From: Paraspadella gotoi
Taxonomy: Eukaryota; Animalia; Chaetognatha
Direction: 5' to 3'
Length of the DNA stretch: 64,000 bases
Assembly (NCBI GenBank): GCA_051294375.1
Contig: CM119265.1
Location: 27,960,665-28,024,664 of the forward strand
Part shown: in pieces, positions 11,321 through 23,474 of the stretch
Position numbering within the stretch: position 1 is the stretch's first letter
Layout: every line of letters begins with the position of its first letter
The notes under the pieces: model-generated
Seen by the model: only the letters and a program-made list of their open reading frames with translations
What the model was told of the DNA's origin: nothing
Databases searched by the model: none
Program-made: the position numbers and the translations under genes

Positions 11321-14300
11321 TAACCTGATTATTTTCCTTTAGATGTCATTTTTAATTTCGAAATTTCGCAACGATTCCAAAATATATTGTGTTAAGAAGA
11401 CTTACCAATCCGGGTAAGTCGTCCTTACACCAAATGCCGGGTCTCGTAAACTCCTCTTATTCCTCGCCAGAGACAAAGCAAATCTTCCCGCCAAATATAA
11501 AACTAGTTATCGGAAGGCAAAATAGAACCAGATGTTCGTGACAAAATCTCTCTTGATTCCATTGATTTGGTCAGAGAATTTTTGATGCTGCTTTGTTGGT
11601 CAGTCAGTTTAGTCTTCTCTTGGACGCTCAACAGTTTCGTGCGTGAAAAAAAAAACCAAAACAACAACAAACAACAACAACAACAACGTTAGGTTACAGG
11701 TCGAACGCAAAATTATTCGTGGACAAATTCATTGATTGTATCATTGTATGCAATAGAGAATGTATATTTATCATTTTAAATCCACGAAATTTTAGAAAAA
11801 TATTCCTCTCGAGTATAAAGTGCACGTTCATTTGATTAACTTTTTTAAAATAAATTGCAGAAAAGACCAAAAAGAAAAGAAAGAAGTTTTTTTTTCTTAA
11901 AGAATATCGTCCTTATTGAGAAATTAAATATTTTAAAAAATAATTATAGACTTTAATTGATTATAATAAATTTACTAACTTTATTATTTCCAGTTTTTTT
12001 TCTTTTTCCATTCAAACTGCGTCCGTTTTTTGCCACCCAAAATCATTTTCGATAATCTGAATCGCCCCCTCGTGCCTTTTCTCCCACCGAATTCCCTATT
12101 TTTTTCCCGCCAAAAATTATCTCCTCTCGTCTCTTCTCTCTCTACTCTCTCGACGAAAAAAAAAAGGATTATTCTCTAATCCAGAACAAGAGTTTAACTT
12201 TCTACCTTAACGTTGCCTTCCGTAAAATGGTTCTTGCCGCACCGTCCCTCTATCCATTTCGCGCCAAATTGGTCATATTCAAACTTCACTTATTCCATGC
12301 CGTCCTATATATTTTTTTTCAGTCGGTCTTCCCCACACACAACAAGCCACACTCCAACTTCGTAACCGCCCGAAATTCGATTTTGACCATTTCGACCTCT
12401 TTCGAAATCCTCCAAAACTCGAGCCCTCAAATTCTCGCACAAAATGAGCCGACGCAGAACCTCGAAATGGACACCACGCACCACTCACGGTCGCGGAGGA
12501 TTTACCCGGATGTAACTTCCAAATAATGCTAATCCCCTTCTCACACACTTTTATTCTCCCACACTCCACCTTTTTCGCTCCACCCAATTGCACACCGCAT
12601 CACACACCGATCCACGAGTCTTACTTCTTCCCCCGCACACACCACCAAGCGTCCTTCATTGTCGGTCACCCCACGGAATCCATTCTCGCCTCTCGATGTT
12701 ATCGCGGCCTTCGGACCACATCAAAGAGCAATTCCTCCCCCCGCTCACGCAGCCAACATATCATCACATGCTCCTTTAGATTCGTGTCAGTCCGGAATCT
12801 GACCGCCGTCTTACACCTTGACCGGGACCGTGGATGAGATGTCCGCCACGGAGTATATCCGGCTCCATCAGTCTATAGGAACTTCCCCCACAATCTGCTT
12901 CCCAGAAAATGCACGATACCTCCGGGCTCTCATTGCTTTCGGAGGATTATCCATCGGTCCGAGTGTAAGTTGTTTGATTTAAGAATTGACTATTTTTGGA
13001 CATTTACTAATAATAAGACAAGTTTAATAAAGCTTCTTATCGAGTTTTAGCACTTTTTCCTCGGGCGTAATTGAGTACTTCCGTGTCGAGCAATAGGTCA
13101 CGCCCGTTGGCCCACAGAAACTTTTTAGTCCGGGATCTGCTTTCAGCAGATCCCCGACTCTATTCACAGTTGTCGGTCGGCCGTCCGGTCCTCCCACCTC
13201 AATATTGTCGGGCATGTCGCTTATATTAAATGTCAGAACCATCGAATTAATCGATAAATTGTGCAAAGAAAAGATGCCCGTCCTTCTTGTCCGTCCCCTC
13301 CTTAGCAAAAACACCAATTACTCGTGAATTGGATGGATGAATAAAATAAAATTTTGTGAGTGGTAAGGAAGTGTGTGATTGAGCTGTATAGTAAAAGTTT
13401 CGATGGAATGTCCCGAGTGAAAATGATTTTAAATAGTAAAAATTTATTTTTTTATTTTTTTCTAATTGAACACCAATTAATCACTGATAAATGGGCAGTT
13501 GGACTTGAAAAATTTTTAATTTGGTTAGAAAGGTCTGTGATTAAACTGGAAATCGAGTTTCGATGGAATCGTTTTTGAGGAGTTAGTTTAAATGGAAAAA
13601 AAACAGAACCTGTTTCATTAATTGATTAATGCTTCTTTTCCTTTAATATTAAATGTAAATGCCAGGATGTATTATTAATCAATAATTAATTAATCATCGT
13701 CAATTGTTATCGACATAATTCTCATCGTCCATTGCTTTTATCGTGGTTAGGGACGAAAAGGACTTTAAAAACAAACAATTTGGACAATTAATTAATTTAA
13801 CTTGAATTATTTAATTATTAATGGAATTAATTAACGATAATAAGTGCGTGGCAGATCCGACATCTGTTTGCTCCAACTTGTTATAATAAAGTAATATAGT
13901 GTAGTCGGGCATTGCCTAGGTTCACCCCGCCTATAAGCCCAGTGGGCTCAATTGAGTAAGCCATCAGCTCATGACCACTAGTACCGGTTTCAAATCCCCA
14001 ACCTGGTACCTACCCTGCGGGTAAGCGTGAGGACGGCCGTAAGCGCCTTGGGGGCTTGGCAAACCCCTCAAGCCTGGTTCCAAGCCCAGGACCCGTTCCA
14101 TGTCTGCCCTAGAAGGGGGTTATAGAAGTTGACGGAATAGTCATCTTCTGCCACCGTTAGAGCCTTATCCACATATATATAAAAATTTATTAAAAATTAA
14201 AAACCTGAAGCGAAGCCTTAAATTCCCTTTCAAATCTTCCATTGACCCCGACCCTTTCCAAAACAAGTCGGCGGTATGTAAGTTAACCCAGTTTACTAAT

Positions 14301-16640
14301 TTACTCCTTTTATTGCCAACTAACACTAATTTTTTTTAATATCCAGCCTCGGAACGAACAAGAAAGATAATGAACGAACCGATAATTATTTGGGATTTTC
14401 TGCGCGTCGGTTATCGTCATCACAGCGATGGAACACTGGAGAGATGTTCCAACAGATTGCAATTTTAAGTGTGACCCACCAGAACAGTGCTATTCCGAAC
14501 CATGGACGACGTTCCTGGTTGTAACGATTACCAAGCGTTGTCAGACCAGCCAGACGATGGTAGAGAACGAAGAGAACGATAATTTAAGACAGAAAAGGAA
14601 AAAATGAACTTTTCGGATCGTTAGTCGTTGATCGTTTTTCATAAAACCTAATTTCGGAGGTGGGAATGCGTTTTTTAGCTATCAATCCCAGTTTTTTTTT
14701 TCAGCTTCAATGTTACATTCAAAATTTTTTCGCAGATTTAGAGTTTGAAAGCACAGAGGTGGCGCTTTTAAATACCAAGAAGCAGATATTCTTTAGATTG
14801 TTCTAGTTAATCGTAATTGTTGGTGTTTGGGGCTATTAGTTTTATCTAATAGTACGTACCTTCGGGTTTTAACGTACGATGATAAACTGAATTTGTTACA
14901 TTATACAGCCGATTCAGTATTTAACAGGTTAATTAAGTCCTAACGCACATTTTAAGACTTACAACGTTTTGACAATCACTGGATACGACGGTCTTGTCGA
15001 TTCAAACGGCGATACGAAACGTCGAACATTTTGTGATTATATATATTTAGTTGGTTGTTTATTAACGGATTTTTACTATTAAGCTTTGATTTCTATTGTA
15101 GTTTCATATAAGCATATTGGTTTTTAATGAAACTTTAAAATGTTCAAGCTTGCAAGGCTCCACTTTCTCTTCGTTCTACAAAAAGCGGCAACACCTGACC
15201 TCTACTGCATGCCCTGGAGCCGCGAAATTTAGTCTCGTTCAACGTGTTCCCAGATTAGACTCGTGACAATTATCTTTGATTCCGCTTTTCGATTACAACC
15301 TTTATTCTGAAGAGGGATTTTACTTCATTAACTTATTTTGCAATGTTTGAAAAATTCTTTATTGGATCATTTATCGAATTTGTAATATAGGTTTTTTATT
15401 TTTTTTGGGTTTTATTTATCAAGGCTGGTTGATATTAATTTGTTTTAGTTAACTTTTCTTAAAGCTTGCATGTCTTATAGTTTTTCATATGTAAGAGTTA
15501 CTAAATCCTGAATTTGAAACAGTCAGGATGTGCCTGATGTGTGTTTATTCTGCATCTGTAATAAATTATATACGCACACATACAGTTATTATTGTTTATA
15601 ATATATGCCATTATATTGGCAAAAAAATGTCATCTTAAATAAAAACTCGATGCTTATTTTTGTTGGCATGATTACTTTTCATATACTTGTTTCTTATCTT
15701 TTTTATGGCAATTCGCTATTCTATTTAATCTTAAAAAAGTCTATTTAACTTATATCTAGTTGACTAGAGACTCCCGTAGTAAATATTAAAAGAAAACTAA
15801 CATTTTGATATAACATTATTGAATGTAAATAATAGATAATCAATTCAGTGGTGAAAGTAATAAATCACACATTACTAGTATAGCTAATTTATTAATGTCC
15901 CGTGAAGAAATAAAAAATATCTTTTATAACATTTATTATTTAACTTACCTTTTAAGCGTTCTAACCATCATTGTTTTGCGCTTTATATCTCACGACTCTC
16001 TCAAGGGGTTATATATTATTATATACAAAATCAGTGAGACGTTTTCTAAATACAGTCTTATAATAATATTTAGTGGATCCTAAAATGTATTAGATTGCTG
16101 AATATACGACCGCAAGATTGTTATTAAAAATTGGGCGCGGGCATGTTTTGTTGTAGATTTTTTCGAGAGTAGTAGAAAGTATGATACTTTTGTAAGTACA
16201 TCGTTGAACACTAAACTCCATTCCTCCGTATGTAAAAGTATTTAACTTAATTTACGCCGGTAACCTCTCTGGTCACTCATCCTGGGAGAAGAGCAGAAAA
16301 AGGAAATATAAGTAGCAACGGTTACCACGGATGGAGCAGCGCGGTCGAGTAGAAGAGTTAATGCCATTAAGAAGATAGGGGATGATTGATGCAAGAAGGT
16401 TTATGTATAGGTAGAAAACCAGATCTTAAGTTACCTTCCTGGTTCCTCGATTTTCAACCTCCCGCATAGGAATATACCACTTTTCTTCTGTCCATCGTCT
16501 TCCCTCTTTGCTAACCCTCGGTCCGGGTCAGGAAGGCTTTTACCCGCCCCCCCCAGCGCTGGCTCGCTCGTGCAAAGGTCAGTGAAAAATGAATGTCAGG
16601 AGAACCGAGGGGAATGGAAGCGACCGAGTGTGGCTTAAAC
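11321..16640 (+). other. Indel-riddled duplicate of ~5309-11150 (probable raw long-read gap-fill artefact)
   Basis: Starts right after a 25-N gap (11296-11320); colinear with 5309 onward including gene, HINE and SINE; differences are mostly 1-nt indels and quality decays along its length. Confidence 0.85.
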
Positions 16641-19600
16641 AATGTTTGACAGCACAAGAACTACCCGGATATCATGGATCGCGGGGCAGAGTGAGACGGT
16701 ATAGGTACAATGTGAGACGTCAAGAAAGAAGGATAGTAAGAAAGAACCCACATTAAGAGAGAAAAAGGAAGGAGAAAAGATATGTGGCCATATTCTATTA
16801 ATTTAAACCCCAAAAAAAATATTTTAGTGGTATTTCTAATAAATTGCCCCATATGCAATAAAAACGTAATAGTAAACTTATCTCGCTAACGAAATCGGCT
16901 GTTTTTTTGTTGTTTTTTTAGGGACCTGAGATGAAGTAAGATAATTCTTCCAAATCTAAAGAAATTCTCGTTAATGAAATTAGTTGATAGGGAATTCAGT
17001 GACACTACAATAATTTGCAAGTTCAATGGCGCTGATGGAGAACGAACTCGAGTGCCGACCTATTGTGTAGTATAGATAAAAACCGGAAAAGATCGAACTC
17101 TGCCTTTTGTGATTGAGATCAAATATCCCTAATTACTTTAGTAAAATCTGCGAGTGGACGTGATCGTATACAAGGAGGGGATAGAGGAATAATAAAGCCA
17201 TAGATAAATAGATGGTAACTAAAGGGTGAGTAAGGGTAGATTGGAAAGTGTATTGAAAGGGATGGTCAGGAATTGGGAGTTGAAGAGAGGGATGGATGAA
17301 TGATTATGACGCAGGAAATTAAAGATTAGCGGTAAGAGAGAGAGATGGAATGACCATGCTCACTATATGGAGGATAGAGGATGAGGGGAGTGAAGAAACA
17401 GAATCCATGGATATCACTTGTTTATTTGACGTTGCTGGGGGTTTTGTAGTATGCGGAGGGTGCTTATTGTGTGGGAGGGGTGTATATTGGGGGAGAAGAG
17501 GGGAAGGGAATTGGTGGGAGAGGGATGTAATTCTGGGTGGGTAGACGAGTTTGTGAATGTAACTTGAAGTGGGAGAAGGGCTGTATAAATTGAGGGAGGA
17601 TTGGGGGAAGGAAATAGAGCGAGGAAGGGGACTGGGATGGATTGAAAAAATTAATAAAGTAAGAGGTTTATAGTACAAGAAGTAAAAACAATTATGTAGA
17701 CTTTGAGAAGTAGAAAAAATAGCAACAATGAACGAATGAAAATGATGAGATCTGGTCATGAAATGAAATGAGGGGACATATGATAGAACACATTAATGAG
17801 ATGAATGTGTGAATGAATTATGGGGAAGAACATGAATGAATCGAGGGATACAAAACCAAGAGAGGAACAAAACCACGCGACACGAGCCAGGAATGGGATC
17901 AGTATTTAAGGTACAGGACAGTGGACTTGTATGGGTGAATATGTGAAGGGGTTGGGACTCGACTTGCTCGATTGTTTTTTGCGCTGAAAAAATGGAAGTA
18001 GGAGGTTATAGTCCGCGGCTAGAAGTCAATGTTCCTATGGCGTGCCGAAAAGAGAGAAATTAAAAAGAAGCCAAGTGCGCAGACAACCGGAGTATTAGAC
18101 TAGCCAAGACCCCAAGGTGTAATTAAGTTTAAAGATTAGGTAGATCCAATCCAGATACGACCACCGAGAGACGAGCGATGAAGCTATAATGAAGAGAGAT
18201 GAACGACGGAAACGCGCAACTAATGGAAATTGTTTGCATTCTGACCAATTTTAATGCTTACGAAGATAACAAAGGCGAAGTTTATTCGAGTTCCATCTTA
18301 GTCATCATAATAACGAAGATCGTCCATTTTCTCATTGACGTCGTCGAGAAATTATTCACCCCAGGTTTGGTTTTTTCCCATTTTTCTCCTCCTCCTTCGT
18401 ATTCATCACATTTTTAGCTAATATGACATTAGCTTAATTTTTCAGAGAGGGAAGCGAGTGCTTAGACAAACCTGGACAGACCCCGACCGACCGAAACGAC
18501 CGGGACAAAGGCAGCGACAAGACCCGACCGACAGTGCTCTCTCTCTGTCGTCTTACGGGTCTCTCGCATTCCGTTCACAAGACAGACACAGCGAGTCGAA
18601 GATGGGAGGGAGGGAAGGGGGGAGGAGAAAGGAGATGGTGAAAGGAATAGGGAAGAGGGAGAAGAGAGAGAGAGAGAGAGAAGAGAAGAAGGGAGGAATT
18701 AAAATGGGGAGAAATGGAATAGAGGCGAAGGGAAAGAAAAAGGGAGGTAGAAAATGTATTAGAAGCGAAAAAGGAGAAAAAGAGAAAATAAAAAGGGAAG
18801 GGAAAATGAAAAAAAGGCCGGGAAAAAAAATTAGAAAATGGGGAAGAAAAGAAAAGGGGGGTAAAAAATAAGGAAGAAAAGAAGAAAAAAAGGGGAAAAA
18901 AAAGGAAAAAATAATTTTTACAAGGAGAGGGTAAAATAGAGAAGAGGGGAGAAATATTAAGGGACGGAGTCCGAGAAAGAGGAGGGAAAAAAAGGAAGAA
19001 AAAATCGAATTAAATATTTTGGTTTTGGGAAAGGAGGAAAAAAAAAGCGAAGGAAATATCATTGGACTTTTGGAACAGTCGGGAAGGTGGGGAAGGGGGT
19101 AGGTGAATCTCATTCTCATTTCTCGTTTCCATAGCGACGGTTACGCTTGACGTCCGCGTCTTGGGTCTCACGTCAGCGCCCCGCGTTTCACCTGTTCACT
19201 CGGGTCTCTGTCGTCTTCCAGTGAAACCTAATCACAACCTCAACGGATCACGCCTCTCATGGATGACAAGCTGGCTTTCTTTTTAAAATATTTCTTCCGA
19301 TTTCCTTCAAAAGAAAAAATCACGTAGTCACACATCGCGCTCACGTAATTTTTTGTCTCGTCTCCCTTCAAGTTAGATTCACTGATTCCGCTTGAACATT
19401 TCTTTGCGATTTAACTTAAATGACCTGGAAACACGAAAATGTAATCAGTGGCGTAAATATCAAGGTCAGTCTAAATACAATACATGTAAATAACATGCGA
19501 CCACGAGACAGGGACGGATTTGAAAACTGAACCCATATTTTTCTAACTCTTGAATCCATTCATTATTTTCGTTTCTGTCATACGACAGCAAAGCTTCCCC

Positions 19601-19947
19601 ATTTTCCCCATCAATTAGCCTCACTACAGCATCGCTTCCCCCTTTTCTCCATCATTACTCTCCTCGTACTACATCGCCCTCCTCAAGATCCGCCCCCCCT
19701 TTCTCCAGCCGCAGCGTCGCCGCTTCGGCAGCTGCCGCACGTCTCTCCTGTCATCTCGCGCCATCGAGCGGGATTTTCTAGAGACACGTGATTCCATGAT
19801 TCTCTGTCGCTCGAGTGGAATGCGAGAGAGAGAGGGAGAGAAAGGGAGAGAGAGGGAGAGGAAGGGAGAGAGAGGGAGTGAGAGGGAGCGTGAGAGAGGT
19901 AGAGAGAGGGAGTGGGAGAGAAAAAGAGGAAAATAGGGGACAGAGAA

Positions 19948-20005
<58 letters not shown>

Positions 20006-20079
20006 GGCATTGTAACAAAACAGAAATTAATAATACTGTTAGAATAATACGTGTAATGATAATAATAGTAATGATAATA

Positions 20080-20111
20080 TTACATTAACCAAGTAAACTT
20101 GGTTAATGTAA
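20080..20111. repeat. Perfect 15-bp-arm inverted repeat
   Basis: TTACATTAACCAAGT-AA-ACTTGGTTAATGTAA. Confidence 0.9.
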
Positions 20112-20562
20112 GGTCTTTTGATTTCCCTTCGTGATTTTCCGGTTTCTCTCAAGTTTTTACGAAAGGGAAGAAGAGAAGAAAATTAAAGGGGAATTTTAAT
20201 TGAGAATAATTAATTAATTAATAAAAATATAAAGCTAGGCGGTCTAACTAAATTGCTATACTTGTGGGAAATAATGCCAAAAGATATGTAATTCCAGAAT
20301 GAGGGTTTACACAAATAAAAATAAAATTTTCAAACCAAAATCGCGCTAATTAAAATCAAAAAAATCTAAGGGAAAAAGGGAAAAAAATGAGAATAAGAGG
20401 AGATAGAAGAGGAGATAGACTTCAAGAGACAAGAGAAAAAATAAAGAAAGGATAGTCAGACCACAAGCAAACTTTGGCGGTGGAAGAAAATGAGGAAAAG
20501 ACATGACGTCGCTTTGTCTCGATCTTGCTCAATGTCTTGTCTTCGTTAATTGTCCTTGTCCA

Positions 20563-20937
20563 TTTTCCTCAATTTCTCTTTCCCTTCCTATCTTCTCCTC
20601 AATTCCTTCTTTACTTTCCACCCTTTTTCTCAATTCCTTCTTTCCTCTCCTCCCTTTCCTCAATTCCTTCTTTCCTTTCCTCCTTTTTTCTCAATTCCTT
20701 CTTTCCTTTCTTCCCTTTTTCTCAGTTCCTTTTTTCCTTTCCTCCCTTTTCTTCAATTCCTTCTTTTCTTTCCTCCCTTTTCCTCAATTCCTTTTTTCCT
20801 TTCCTCCCTTTTATTCAATTCCTTCTTTTCTTTCCTCCCTTTTCCTCAATTCCTTGTTTCCTTTCCTCCCTTTTCTTCAATTTATCTTTCCTTTCCTCCC
20901 TTTTCCTCAACTCCTTCTTTCCTTTCCTCCCTTTTCC
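20563..20937. repeat. 31-bp minisatellite, ~12 copies
   Basis: Unit TTCTTTTCTTTCCTCCCTTTTCCTCAATTCC, starts at 20761, 20792, 20823 etc. Confidence 0.9.
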
Positions 20938-21026
20938 ATTTTCCGGTTGTTATGAACCGAATCTTTCCAATCGGTCAAGCGACCTTGTGGTTGGCGAAGC
21001 AGATGGAATTGGTAGTTTCTGTCAAT

Positions 21027-21100
21027 TGCTGTTGATGTTCTTGCTATTGATCTTTTTGCTGTAGATGTTCTTGCTATTGATGCTCTTGCTGATGAAGTTC
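21027..21100. repeat. 15-bp minisatellite, ~5 copies
   Basis: Unit ~TGCTGTTGATGTTCT. Confidence 0.8.
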
Positions 21101-21413
21101 ATGTCATTATTGTTATCGCGACAATTATCGTTGTATGTTTTTAGCATTGATACTACATTTTGAAATGAACGTTTACGGAGAAAAAAATAATACATCTATA
21201 ATTTTAAAATATGGATTTAAATCCTGTGAATAATCGTAAATGTATCTTTGTAATAAAATCGTCCTGTTTTTTTATTTGTTTTATTTGTTTTGTTTTTCAC
21301 GTTCATTCAGCAAAACAAAAGAAATGAAGAAAAAAAAACAGCAATGAGGCGGTGAGATTCCCAATGATTGCAGTCGGTCGATTCTTGCTCTGCCTTCCTC
21401 CGTGCAATTGCGT

Positions 21414-21642
21414 TTGGCAAAGCTCATTGACGACCGTGTCCATTGCTGATGGTATTGCCATCAAAGCTCATTGCCGACCGTGTCCATTGCTGTTGGTATT
21501 GCCATCAAAGCTCATTGCCGACCGTGTCCATTGCTGTTGGTATTGCCATCAAAGCTCATTACCGGCTGTGTCCATTGCTGATGGTATTGCCATCAAAGCC
21601 ATTTGCCGACCGTGTCCATTGCTGATGGTATTGCCATCAAAG
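21414..21642. repeat. 44-bp minisatellite, ~5 clean copies truncated by a gap
   Basis: Unit GCCATCAAAGCTCATTGCCGACCGTGTCCATTGCTGATGGTATT at 21457, 21501, 21545, 21589; runs into 25-N gap 21643-21667. Confidence 0.95.
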
Positions 21643-21667
21643 NNNNNNNNNNNNNNNNNNNNNNNNN

Positions 21668-23400
21668 GAAGAGGATTCCGGAAGAGGAAGAAGATGTCTG
21701 GAACTGGATTCGACACGGGATTTGGGAAGCCAAATCCAGAAAAGGAACAATAGTTTCCGGAAAGAGAAAAGGAAGCGTTCCAGAAGAGGAGAGGAGGATT
21801 CCGGAATGAGTGAAAACTGGCTTTCGTCGACTGCCATTATAAATAAGCCTCTGTTTCTGCTGTTGATTCACTGTCCAAAAATTGACACCGCTCTTCTCTT
21901 GTTCTAATTTTTCTGATTAAATAAAATTCCACTTTTATTTCACTTATTGAAAATCCCTGTCTGCTCTACTTAAATGTGGTGACAGGAGTGGACTCGACTC
22001 ACCACGTCTCCAAGAAAAATCAAGCCTTACCACAAACGCTACACGCCACCCAAGGAAAAAATGGACAACCACCTCTGCCTCCGCATCCCACTCAGCCAAA
22101 CCAGGATGGCAACCCTTTTCAATTGGAAAAGGGCTTATGGCGCCAGCCATGGGCGCCGCCAGCACAGAAGACGCGGTAGACAGGCTGTCAAGACAAAGTG
22201 GAGTTCCACACTTTTTAAACTGGATTGGAACTTTACTTGATCACTGCCAATTGGGACAATGACCAAGGTCGAAATTCATACTCGCCAATCTTAACAGATC
22301 ATTAATGATGTCAAACAACAAAACAAACAAGAACTCGCCATCCTGGTTCAATAAGTTCAAGGAAAGCAATAGAAAATCTTGCTCAAAATGACGATCTTCA
22401 AAGCATGATGCAAATCATGAATTGAATTCAAATCATGGGCCATTCATAACGGAAACAAAATCATTCACCCAACAAGCCCAAAAAATCGCAGGCTGGACGC
22501 CATTGGAGGAACACAAAGCAGATCCCCAATGCCAAAATAGCAGCTTTCGTTCCAAGAAAGAAAGCCGTCGGAGAATGTAAATAATGAGTGAAAAGCTTAT
22601 GTTACACTCTGGTCGAACACCCAATCAAATCAGAAAAAAGAAGGCCTGACGAATCTCCAGAAGATTTTTAAGAAGCTTACGAGGACTTTTCAAGATTCTC
22701 AACTCCCCAGCTGATATTGATCAACAACTACGCGCCTACTTGCACGCCACATGATATCAAAGTCGACCAGCAGATTTAATTCTCCATCGACCAATCCAGA
22801 TGGCTGGTGGACTCTTGTCTAACACTCCTGAAGGATCTTCGCGTCAGCATAACTGAGGCTCTGGCTGAAGGCAAAAATTGAAGTCAACCCTCATGTGCAC
22901 GCAAGTATGGGGCATTGCCTTGCAATGCTTGCAGGGGAAATGTTTGAGACTGTTAGAGGAAAAGGACAGACCTCCACTTTGATTATGTGGCCCAAATGCT
23001 TGTTTGAATAGCCTCGAGCCACTATGTCCCACGGGACAACATCAGAAACCCTGATATACACAGATGCTGGGAGAAAGGGAGGCCCAACAACTTCGGCAGA
23101 GTAATTGAGTACAACTTCGGGGTTTACCTCAAAAAAGGCTGCAAACAACACCATTCAGAAGAGTTGCAGAGGCTGAGGACAAGCGAGGGGGAAAACACCA
23201 ATAATACACCTGATGCATGAAGAATGTGCTATCAGGATCAACTCCAACGCCATGGCCTTCTATCAGGGCTCCAATGTTTCCAAAAACTCAAAACATAGAA
23301 AGAAGATCTTATGGAACTAAATAATGTGTCAGGGCAAATTGCGCCATCAAATTCAACCACAAAGAACGGCGAGAACGCCCTAAGTCCAGAGGCCCATACA
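21668..23400 (+). mobile_element. Ty3/Gypsy element 5' part (LTR end, PBS, gag); noisy read, inverted copy of ~36340-38165
   Basis: Aligns by eye to the reverse complement of 36340-38165; TATAAA at ~21838, AATAAA at ~21920, PBS-like TGGTGACAGGAGTG at 21977-21990. Confidence 0.7.
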
Positions 23401-23474
23401 AAAGACAAGTGAAATATCCAATTGAAATGTACCATATCCCATAGCCTCCGCGGACAAGAGCCACCAAAAGAGAT

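Noticed and set aside
12440-14620. Paralog or pseudogene copies of the PLDLS gene (also exon 3 near 23480-23750)
   Set aside because: Indel-dominated divergence equal in exons and repeats, next to a 25-N gap: best explained as uncorrected long-read duplicates
16660-18280. Unique-looking sequence with ORFs at 17319-17759 and 17350-17544
   Set aside because: Continuation of the low-quality read segment; base calls are unreliable and no motifs are recognisable
21020-21110. Minus-strand QQEHQ-repeat protein
   Set aside because: In-frame TAG stops interrupt the repeat frame; it is a 15-bp minisatellite
21414-21642. 44-bp palindromic repeats as a CRISPR array
   Set aside because: Units are contiguous with no unique spacers, no cas genes are present and the context is eukaryotic; variability in the 39130-40190 copy is read noise
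21414-21642. Tandem hammerhead ribozymes (retrozyme) in the 44-bp repeat
   Set aside because: The core would need CUGANGA and GAAA; the unit has CTGATGG and no GAAA
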